This document shows positions 39,945-48,254 of a DNA stretch of 64,000 nucleotides, piece after piece. A program made the translations under genes and the position numbers. The notes under the pieces were generated by a model. The model had not been told where the DNA came from. It saw nothing but the letters and a program-made list of their open reading frames with translations, and ran no database searches. The stretch comes from Promethearchaeota archaeon. GTDB taxonomy: Archaea > Asgardarchaeota > Lokiarchaeia > Sigyniarchaeales > SOKP01. Location of the stretch: the NCBI GenBank assembly GCA_048941285.1, contig JBHLNS010000003.1:83736-147735 (forward strand), in the 5' to 3' direction. The first letter of the stretch is position 1, and every line of letters begins with the position of its first letter.

Positions 39945-42734
39945 ATGGTTGAATATGACCCACAAAAAATAGAAACGAAATGGCAACAAAAATGGGAAAA
40001 GGACAGAATTTTTGAAGTTGATATAGATAGAAAGAAGAAAAAATACTATGTTTTGGAAATGTATCCCTACCCTTCTGGCAAACTCCATATTGGGCACCTC
40101 AGGAATTATACAATTGGAGATTGTTATGCTAGATATAAAAGAATGAGTGGTTTCAATGTACTCTACCCTATGGGTTATGATTCGTTTGGAATGCCTGCAG
40201 AAAATGCAGCAATAGATCACGGGGCTAATCCAGAAGAATGGACTAATAAAAATATAAAAACAATGAAGAATCAACAAAAAAGGATTGGTCTCTCATATGA
40301 TTGGACAAGAGAGATATATAGTCATGATCCTAACTTTTATAAATGGGATCAATGGTTTTTCTTGCAGATGTTAGATAGGGGATTAGCATATAAACAAGAA
40401 GGTTATGTTAACTGGTGCCCTAAATGTATTACGGTTCTAGCAAATGAACAAGCTCAAGGAGGAAGATGTTGGAGATGCAACTCTAGAGTTGATCAAAAGT
40501 TTTTATCACAATGGTTCCTTAAAATAAGAGATTACGCTGAAGAGCTAATCGAAGGTTTAAATCTAGTTGATTGGCCCGATAAAGTAAAAGCTATGCAGCG
40601 CAATTGGATAGGAAGATCAGAAGGAACAATTATAAAATTTCCAATTAAAGGAGAAAGTAGAACTATCGACATATTCACAACTAGACCAGATACACTTTAT
40701 GGGGTCACGTTTATGGTTTTCGCTCCAGAACATCCTTGGGTCCGTGAATGGGTGAATGATACTGAATATGAGAGTGATTTCAATAAATTGTATGAGGAAG
40801 TAATGCATCAAGATAAGTTTGAAAGAACTGATATTCAGATTGATAAAAAAGGCATGTATATTGGTAAAAAAGCTATTAATCCAGTTAATAATGAAGAAAT
40901 TCCGATATTTATTGGTAATTTTGTTATTTATGAATACGGGGCTGGTGCTGTTATGGCAGTACCTGCGCACGACCAGAGAGATTTTGAATTTGCTAAAGAA
41001 TTTGATATTCCGATTAAAATAGTAATTCACCCTCATGATTATGAATTAAATGAAGCTAAAATGACTCGCGCTTATGAGGGAGCCGGAGTTCTCGTCAACT
41101 CAGAAGAATTTGATGGCCTAGATAATCAAACTGCTACTTATGAAATAACTGAAAAATTAGATAAACTAGGTATGGGACATCTTACTATAAATTATAAGTT
41201 AAGGGATTGGGGAATTTCACGTCAACGTTATTGGGGCTGCCCAATTCCAATTATTTATTGCACTAAATGTGGTATGATCCCAGTACCATATGAAGATTTA
41301 CCTGTTTATTTACCAAAAGATGTTGAATTTACTGGAACGGGTAATCCTTTGAAAACAAGCAAAAATTTTGTTAATATCCAATGCCCGAAATGTGGGAATA
41401 GTGCAAAGCGAGAGACAGATACTATGGATACTTTTATTGATAGTTCTTGGTATTTCTTAGCTTATTGCGATCCTCCATCGGTTAAATCAAAAATACCTTA
41501 TAGCAAAAATCTAGTAAATTATTGGGGAAATGTTGATCAATATATTGGAGGTATAGAACATGCGGTCATGCATTTAATATATGCCAGATTTTTCACAAAA
41601 GTAGGCCGAGATTTAGATCTTCATAAATTTGATGAGCCATTTCAATCTTTATTAACCCAAGGAATGATTAACAAGGCTCATCCATTCTGTAATAACTGTA
41701 ATTCCTTCCTTATGAAGGCAGATTTAAATACAATGAGGTGCAGAAAATGTGGAAATGTAAATCTTATTCAAAAATCAGTAAAGATGAGTAAAAGTTATGG
41801 AAATACTGTAAATCCCGGAGATATAATTAAAAAGTATGGAGCAGATGCAGCCCGATTTTTCATTTTATTCGGCGCCAGCCCAGATTCAGGATTAGAATGG
41901 TCCGATGAAGGTGTGGATTATGCATATCGATTTATAAAAAGTACATTTAAGTTATTAACTGACCCATTAACAAATATTAGAAATTCAACTAATATCCGAG
42001 ATACATTAATTAGATATTATCTAAATAAAACTGTTAAAAAAGTTACTGAGAATATAGATAAATTAGAAATAAGAAATGCGGTGAATAACATTATTCAATT
42101 CACATCTGAATTAATTAAGTATAAAAGCGAGGGTGTTAAAAAGGAATTTTTTGAAGAGTGTAGGGAAAAATTTATATTATTACTCCATCCAATTGCACCT
42201 CATATAACAGAAGAAATATGGGAAATAATTGGTAGAAAGGATTATGTAAGCTTAGTATCATGGCCACATTATGATAAAAAACTCCTTACAAAAGAATCGG
42301 ATCATAAATGGAACCTTATGAATAATATCATTGATGATATAAACAAAATTAAAATAGCAATGAAAATAGATTCCCTAAATAAAATCTCTATAATAATCGC
42401 AGATCAATGGAAATTAAAATTTTATAATAGACTTATGGCTATATTAGATGAAACTAAGAATCAGGGAGAAATAATGAAAATTTTGATGCAAGAGAGTGAA
42501 TTAAAAAAATATGGCAAATTGGTCAATCAAAATATTATTAAAATACTAAAAAATGTAGGAAAATATCCAAAATTTACATTATCTACAGATGATGAATATT
42601 ACTTCTTTAATGAAATAAAACCTATAATAGAGGATAGATTTCACTCTGAAGTAGAAATCAAATTTGAGAAAGACTCAACTGCACAAAAAGCAGCCCAAGC
42701 CCTCCCTAGTAAACCAGCAATTATTATTTTTTAA
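39945..42734 (+). CDS. leuS: Leucyl-tRNA synthetase of bacterial sequence type.
   Basis: Motifs are YPSGKLHIGHLRNYTIGD (HIGH), GYDSFGMPAENAA, NWIGRSEG, TTRPDTLYG, DWGISRQRYWGCPIP, DTFIDSSWYF, YIGGIEHAVMHLIYARFF and VKMSKS. Confidence 0.9.
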   Translation: MVEYDPQKIETKWQQKWEKDRIFEVDIDRKKKKYYVLEMYPYPSGKLHIGHLRNYTIGDCYARYKRMSGFNVLYPMGYDSFGMPAENAAIDHGANPEEWTNKNIKTMKNQQKRIGLSYDWTREIYSHDPNFYKWDQWFFLQMLDRGLAYKQEGYVNWCPKCITVLANEQAQGGRCWRCNSRVDQKFLSQWFLKIRDYAEELIEGLNLVDWPDKVKAMQRNWIGRSEGTIIKFPIKGESRTIDIFTTRPDTLYGVTFMVFAPEHPWVREWVNDTEYESDFNKLYEEVMHQDKFERTDIQIDKKGMYIGKKAINPVNNEEIPIFIGNFVIYEYGAGAVMAVPAHDQRDFEFAKEFDIPIKIVIHPHDYELNEAKMTRAYEGAGVLVNSEEFDGLDNQTATYEITEKLDKLGMGHLTINYKLRDWGISRQRYWGCPIPIIYCTKCGMIPVPYEDLPVYLPKDVEFTGTGNPLKTSKNFVNIQCPKCGNSAKRETDTMDTFIDSSWYFLAYCDPPSVKSKIPYSKNLVNYWGNVDQYIGGIEHAVMHLIYARFFTKVGRDLDLHKFDEPFQSLLTQGMINKAHPFCNNCNSFLMKADLNTMRCRKCGNVNLIQKSVKMSKSYGNTVNPGDIIKKYGADAARFFILFGASPDSGLEWSDEGVDYAYRFIKSTFKLLTDPLTNIRNSTNIRDTLIRYYLNKTVKKVTENIDKLEIRNAVNNIIQFTSELIKYKSEGVKKEFFEECREKFILLLHPIAPHITEEIWEIIGRKDYVSLVSWPHYDKKLLTKESDHKWNLMNNIIDDINKIKIAMKIDSLNKISIIIADQWKLKFYNRLMAILDETKNQGEIMKILMQESELKKYGKLVNQNIIKILKNVGKYPKFTLSTDDEYYFFNEIKPIIEDRFHSEVEIKFEKDSTAQKAAQALPSKPAIIIF

Positions 42735-42896
42735 AAAACCCTATTGATGTGGCCAAACCAATTATCTAACCGATTATTTTATATAACTATTTTATTAACT
42801 CAAAATTAAATAAATTATTATAAATTTATTTATATTAAAATTAGGTAAAAAAGCAGTAAATTAATTAAAATTACAATAATTTTGTTCTGGAAATAA

Positions 42897-43766
42897 ATGA
42901 CTATATATGAATTTAGTATTATCTCTACTACTGGTTTTCCTTATTTTAATTCAATAATTAATCCTGTACCAGAGGGAATAAAACTTTTTCTAAGATTTTT
43001 TGATTTTTCAGAGGATAAATCTGTAAATCAAAATCAGTTAGACCTTACTTCAAAATTCGATCTAACCGCTGGTTTAATATCTGCTCTATTTGAATTTGCT
43101 AAAAACATAGATAAAAAAATAGAAGTCCTTGAATTTAAGCCTAAAAAAGATAAAGAACAAGATAAAAGGCATCAAAAAAATTTAGAATATCATGGTGATG
43201 TCTTAATTACAACACAAACTGAAACCTTCTTATTGCATAAGGCGGTCAGAGAAAAAATTAAACTAATTTACAGAAATTATGTATATTCTAAAATTCCTCT
43301 TGACTCTGCTGATTCTATTTATCAAAATGAAGAAAAAAAAATTAGAGAGATCTTAACAGATGAAAAGGCTAGGAAAAAGATATCAGAACATCGAAACGAT
43401 ATAAAACAAATAGCAAATGACTTTTTATTTGAGATGAAAGATTATGGTTTATGGGGGATATGCATAGCATCATTCGATCTTTCCCCAATTGTATCTTATG
43501 GGAAGAAATATTCATTGCAAAGTATATATGATATTTTAAGACATATTGGATATATACCTGAAATTGCTCCATTGGATTGGATTTATAGACAATCTTTTTT
43601 TTCTGATGAATCAATTCAAGTTTGTATCATTAAATCAGATTCTGGTATTACAGTTGAGAATATCCTTTTTGAACCTTACTTTTATTTACTTTTTTCAGAT
43701 CCTCAGAGCTATTTTGGAGAGTTTCCAGGAAAAGTTGCCTCTGCTTTCAACAAAGTTCTTGAATAG
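42897..43766 (+). CDS. Hypothetical protein, possibly two longin/Roadblock-like alpha-beta domains separated by a charged linker.
   Basis: The N-terminus IYEFSIISTTGFPYF..TAGLISALFEFAKN and the C-terminal half YGLWGICIASFDLSPIVSYG..YFYLLFSDP resemble the beta-hairpin/helix pattern of these folds. This is a weak call made by eye only. Confidence 0.3.
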   Translation: MTIYEFSIISTTGFPYFNSIINPVPEGIKLFLRFFDFSEDKSVNQNQLDLTSKFDLTAGLISALFEFAKNIDKKIEVLEFKPKKDKEQDKRHQKNLEYHGDVLITTQTETFLLHKAVREKIKLIYRNYVYSKIPLDSADSIYQNEEKKIREILTDEKARKKISEHRNDIKQIANDFLFEMKDYGLWGICIASFDLSPIVSYGKKYSLQSIYDILRHIGYIPEIAPLDWIYRQSFFSDESIQVCIIKSDSGITVENILFEPYFYLLFSDPQSYFGEFPGKVASAFNKVLE

Positions 43767-43856
43767 ATTATTCTCAGAAAAAATTGGAAAAAAAATTATT
43801 TTTGGTTTAGAAAAATTTCCTAATAATTATTAAATATAGGATCATCCTTAACTAAA

Positions 43857-44618
43857 TTATTTATTTGCAGCTTTTATTATTTGAAATAAAGAATCTGATT
43901 GAAGAGAAGCACCTCCAACTAACCCGCCATCAATATTTTTTTTGCTGAACAAATCTTCAGCATTATCTGGTTTAATGGATCCACCATATTGTATCCTTAT
44001 AGCCTTAGCAGTCTCCTTATCAAATTTTCTAGTTAAAATTTCCCTTATAAAAACATGAATTTCTTCTGCTTGATCTGGAGTAGCAGTTTTTCCTGTTCCA
44101 ATTGCCCAGATTGGTTCATATGCTATTATTGTTTTTAAAATCTCTGCTTTCGTGAGATTTTTAAACGTTTCATTCATTTGATATTCAATGATGTACTTTG
44201 TTTTTCCAGATTCTCTTTCATTTAGATGCTCACCGATGCAAACAATAGGTTTTAATCCCATGGATAAAGCTTTTTTGAGTTTTTTATTAATCAAAGCATC
44301 AGATTCATTAAAAATATCTCGCCTTTCACTGTGACCAAGAATCACATATTCAACTCCAATATCTTTCAAAAAAATAGGTGATACTTCACCGGTATAAGCA
44401 CCCTTTTCATCAAAATGCATATTTTGTGCTCCTAATTTGATATTAGTTTTATTTAAAATCTCATATACTACAGTTAAGACAGTGAAGGGGGCACAAATCA
44501 CTATATCCACAGAGTTTATTCCTTTTACTAGTGGAATAAAGCTTTCTAACATTTGTATTGCTTCTTTAGGGGAACCTCTATTCATTTTCCAATTTCCCCC
44601 TATTATTGGTCTTCTCAA
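43857..44618 (-). CDS. tpiA: Triosephosphate isomerase of bacterial/eukaryotic sequence type.
   Basis: Motifs are IIGGNWKMN, ILGHSERR, AYEPIWAIGTGKTATP and QYGGSIKP. Length is 253 aa. Confidence 0.9.
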   Translation of the reverse strand: MRRPIIGGNWKMNRGSPKEAIQMLESFIPLVKGINSVDIVICAPFTVLTVVYEILNKTNIKLGAQNMHFDEKGAYTGEVSPIFLKDIGVEYVILGHSERRDIFNESDALINKKLKKALSMGLKPIVCIGEHLNERESGKTKYIIEYQMNETFKNLTKAEILKTIIAYEPIWAIGTGKTATPDQAEEIHVFIREILTRKFDKETAKAIRIQYGGSIKPDNAEDLFSKKNIDGGLVGGASLQSDSLFQIIKAANK

Positions 44619-44748
44619 CTCGTTTTACCTCATGTTTATATTAAAATTTGAATTCATTAAATTCTCGCTATAATTCAATAATATTATAATTGTATAAATT
44701 TCTAACGAATACTTATAACAATATCGCTTAAAAAGAAATAAAAAATAA

Positions 44749-45252
44749 TTATTCTGTTTTAGGAAGCTTCTCAGGTAATTTTGTGGCTTCTAACAATTTT
44801 TTCACCTCATTAACGTCAGGAGCCATTACATCTGGTAATCCTAGTTGTGTGCGTCGGCGTTCTATAGCGGGTTGCATAGGAATTGCTTTACCATATTCCA
44901 AAACTGTTGATGCTTGACCAGTATAATGATTTGGTGCTTCGCCTCGCTCCACACTCATATTTTTAAGAATCGTGAAGATTTCTGTTAATTCAACTTTCTG
45001 AGGACACACTTCATCACATGTATCACATACTGTACAACCCCAAATATTAAATACATTACTAGGTCCAAATATTTTTTCTTTTAACCCTAATAAAGCATCC
45101 AAAATTAAGCGTCTTGGATTATATCGACCTTCTGTAACCTGTGCTACAGGGCATGCTCCACTACAGGTTGCACATTGATAACAATATGCCAAAGTAGTAC
45201 CAATATCATTACCTAGAATTTGGTTTCTAAAATTAAAATCTATAGTTGCCAT
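44749..45252 (-). CDS. 2x[4Fe-4S] ferredoxin-domain protein, heterodisulfide reductase subunit C-like.
   Basis: Two cluster motifs are present (CYQCATCSGACP and CTVCDTCDEVCP), with HdrC-like spacing and an RYNPRRLI segment between them. Confidence 0.55.
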   Translation of the reverse strand: MATIDFNFRNQILGNDIGTTLAYCYQCATCSGACPVAQVTEGRYNPRRLILDALLGLKEKIFGPSNVFNIWGCTVCDTCDEVCPQKVELTEIFTILKNMSVERGEAPNHYTGQASTVLEYGKAIPMQPAIERRRTQLGLPDVMAPDVNEVKKLLEATKLPEKLPKTE

Positions 45253-45497
45253 TTGAAATTGTGTTTTATTATACTTGATATTATGTAGTATAACTTATTG
45301 TTAATTTTAAAATTATTTCTTTTAAAATTATATTTTTAAATTTTAATTGAAATTATCAATCTATTTTTCTTCCATTGGGATCAAAAAGAATTAATTTTTG
45401 AATCGTAAATGAAATTAATAAAAGTAATTAAATATTTATTCCCATAATAATATTTAAAAACTTACTTTAAACCAAATAATTTAAAAACTGAAATTAT

Positions 45498-45854
45498 ATG
45501 ACTAATATTGAAGAACTAAAAAAGTTTGGCCTTGACATCACAGAAGATATGAAACAAGGAAAAGTTATCTTAGATATATATACAACTTGGTGTGGACCCT
45601 GCCGTTTTTTAAGCCCCATATTGGAAAAATTAAAAAAAGAAGGATTAATTAAATTATTAAAGGAAGATCTCGATCAAAACAGGCCTCTTGGTGAAAAATT
45701 TGGTGTTACGGCCATACCAACACTTTTATTTTTCAATAATGGGGAACTATTAAATCATCCAATAGAGGTTCAAGGCCAATTACTTGTTCGAAATGGTATG
45801 ATGGTGGGAGCTGCTGGGGAACAAGTTCTTAGGGAAATTATTAATAATATGTAA
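45498..45854 (+). CDS. Thioredoxin.
   Basis: The WCGPC active site is followed by a cis-Pro context (TAIPTLLFF). Length is 118 aa. Confidence 0.8.
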   Translation: MTNIEELKKFGLDITEDMKQGKVILDIYTTWCGPCRFLSPILEKLKKEGLIKLLKEDLDQNRPLGEKFGVTAIPTLLFFNNGELLNHPIEVQGQLLVRNGMMVGAAGEQVLREIINNM

Positions 45855-46222
45855 ATTTCCTTGATTTTATTTTTAGCAGATTGCTTAATTTTATTATATT
45901 CATTTTTAACTTATTTTTATCATAATTTATAGTACAATTGAGAAAAGTTTAAAAAATCTTATCAATGAAAGTTTATCCGATTTTAATAAATCATAAGGTA
46001 TGATCTATAATCTGATTTAGAATTCAATTCTGGTAATATAATTGTATGATCAAAAAAAGTAAATTATTCGAATTTCCAAATGAGTTTAATGAGAGAGACA
46101 AATAAATATAACAACTATAATTTCTAAAGATCATACTAATAATCTATTAATCGTACTAAAAATTTTTTATTTAATGAAATTTTTTTCATATTTAATTTAA
46201 TTTCAGATTACAATATAGAAAT

Positions 46223-46735
46223 ATGAATTTTTCAAGAAAGGAGTTAATAGAAACAGAAGCCTTTATGAATCAAATGCGAAATGCAGTTTTTCATTTAGCT
46301 CGATTAATGCAAAAAAATGAAATTGATAATCCAAAAGAAAGGCTGAGAAGGATGGGACAAAATATTGCTAAAACTTATATTAATTACTGGAAACCTACAG
46401 ATAATTTATCCTTAACAAATTTGAAGGATGCCATTACTACAATTTATCAAAAAGTATTAAATAGCACAGTTTCCATTGAAATCAATGAAGCAGAAAAAAT
46501 TATTAAAGTTCGAGATTATAATTGCGCATTATGTAAGTATCATTATGAAGATATTGAAATAGCCGGGTGTGAAATATTATTAGGATTAGTATCTGAATTA
46601 ATAAATCATATCAATAAAGAATCTTATAATAGTACACCATTTTTATTAAATCCATATGAAGTAACTGAATCCCGTGCTTACGGAAATAAGTTATGTATTC
46701 AAACATTTAAATATAAAATAGGAAAGGTGGTGTAA
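46223..46735 (+). CDS. V4R (Bet3/TRAPP-related) domain protein.
   Basis: The C-terminal segment VRDYNCALCKY..IAGCEILLGLVSEL..VTESRAYGNKLCIQTF fits the V4R pattern C-x2-C..C-x3-G..E..G..C. Confidence 0.5.
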   Translation: MNFSRKELIETEAFMNQMRNAVFHLARLMQKNEIDNPKERLRRMGQNIAKTYINYWKPTDNLSLTNLKDAITTIYQKVLNSTVSIEINEAEKIIKVRDYNCALCKYHYEDIEIAGCEILLGLVSELINHINKESYNSTPFLLNPYEVTESRAYGNKLCIQTFKYKIGKVV

Positions 46736-46737
46736 AC

Positions 46738-48207
46738 TTGGGAGCATTTCAATGGTTGATGAAAAAAATTACTAAAGTATTTGGACGCTCGACTAACGCA
46801 TTATTTTATACACTTCTTTATAGGGAAATTCTTAAGGAAGTTAACAAAATAACCAGTAATGAAGAAGAAAGTATACTTATTCTTAGGGAAATTGGCAAAA
46901 GAGCAGCAGTTGAATCTTGTGAGCGTCATTCAAGTGTATTTAAATTTATGCCTGGAAATCCTAAAAAAGTTTTAGATTATTTCGAAATTCTTTGGGTTGT
47001 AGTTTTCGGAACTGAGTTAGATGAATATACTTATGAAGAAGTACCAAAAGAAGGCTCAAAGTATAATGATTATGTTTTAAAAATTAGTAAATGTCCAATT
47101 TGCGCTGGTTACGGTGATAATCTTGAAGATACTTTTGCATTTGAGAAATTAAAAAACAAAGAAACTGAAGGATTCGCATGCGGTCTTTGCGGAATGCTGG
47201 AAAGTGTTGCTAATTATATTTTAAAAATAAAAAGAAATGATTATAGAATTCAAATAATTGAGCAAAACTGTATAACTAAAGGAGGAGATTGTCTACAATT
47301 CACTTGCAAAATCCATGATTATAAAGAATGGAAAGAACTTTTAGATTCTAACATACAGCAAAAAAAAGTAATACAAACTTATTTTAAAGAGTCAGTTGAA
47401 GAGGAAATCTTACCAGAAACTAAATTTGATATTATTGATAAACTTCAAGAAGTCATATCAATTGATAAATTAGAAGAATATCTTGATGAACCGTTAGAAT
47501 CAATAAAAGTGAGAATTTCTGATATTATTAAAGATAAATTAAACATGGAACCTGAGCATTTTTTTGATTACTTTAGAAATTATGAAGATGATATGGTTAG
47601 AATAATAGGATATTTAGGAACCCACCTTTTAAATGAATATGGTGGATTATTAGGAAAATTCCTCAAAAATGAATGGTTAGCAAAGATTTTTGGATATATA
47701 TTTAAACAATTAAGAGAAATGACATTATTATTTATCCCCCTTGATGTTATCCGAGATTACAATGAATTATTGGTAAAGTTTTTGGAAGGTTTAGCTCCTA
47801 TAGAAATGGTCGATAATGTTAAAAAATTTACAGGTAAAGATACAATAACATACATATTTGAAGGAGCTCAGATGGCTTTGCAGAATCTAGGTATTGATTT
47901 TTCTGAACTAAAGGAAAATGTTTGGGAGGAATTAAAAGCAGAACGGGAGAATGGATTGATATCATCAGATGCTTCTACTATAGATAGAACTCGAGAAAAA
48001 GTACCTCAAATAATTAATATCATTCAACAATTTTTAATGATAGTTAATGATATCCTTACATTGCCAATCAGGGTTTTAATATCAGAAAGCCACTATGGGT
48101 TAAAAACAGCTATAAACTCCGTTGTTTCAGAAGAAGAAGGTTTATATGGATCAATAAAGGATCGCTTCGATAATATCTTTGACCAAATTCAAGAAATAAG
48201 AAAATAA
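46738..48207 (+). CDS. V4R-like domain protein with a long helical C-terminal extension.
   Basis: ISKCPICAGYG..FACGLCGMLESV..IEQNCITKGGDCLQFTC fits the V4R pattern. The TTG start lies 2 nt after the upstream stop, and the first in-frame ATG is at 46759. Confidence 0.45.
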   Translation: MGAFQWLMKKITKVFGRSTNALFYTLLYREILKEVNKITSNEEESILILREIGKRAAVESCERHSSVFKFMPGNPKKVLDYFEILWVVVFGTELDEYTYEEVPKEGSKYNDYVLKISKCPICAGYGDNLEDTFAFEKLKNKETEGFACGLCGMLESVANYILKIKRNDYRIQIIEQNCITKGGDCLQFTCKIHDYKEWKELLDSNIQQKKVIQTYFKESVEEEILPETKFDIIDKLQEVISIDKLEEYLDEPLESIKVRISDIIKDKLNMEPEHFFDYFRNYEDDMVRIIGYLGTHLLNEYGGLLGKFLKNEWLAKIFGYIFKQLREMTLLFIPLDVIRDYNELLVKFLEGLAPIEMVDNVKKFTGKDTITYIFEGAQMALQNLGIDFSELKENVWEELKAERENGLISSDASTIDRTREKVPQIINIIQQFLMIVNDILTLPIRVLISESHYGLKTAINSVVSEEEGLYGSIKDRFDNIFDQIQEIRK

Positions 48208-48254
48208 TACTGGAATTTTTAACTCAAAAAATTCATTTCTCAGATTCTTTTTTA

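Noticed and set aside
39852-40277. 141-aa minus-strand ORF that overlaps the start of leuS.
   Set aside because: It lies antisense to the strongly supported LeuRS N-terminus, including the HIGH motif. Its product is a low-complexity hydrophobic sequence typical of AT-rich antisense frames. It has no motif and no plausible gene context.
45990-46060. Possible C/D box sRNA, since ATGATC-type boxes followed by CTGA occur at 46012-46015.
   Set aside because: The candidate C boxes read TGATCT/TGATCA rather than TGATGA, so they lose the G needed for the k-turn. No properly spaced terminal D box or terminal stem was found. The repeats are better treated as a possible operator motif.
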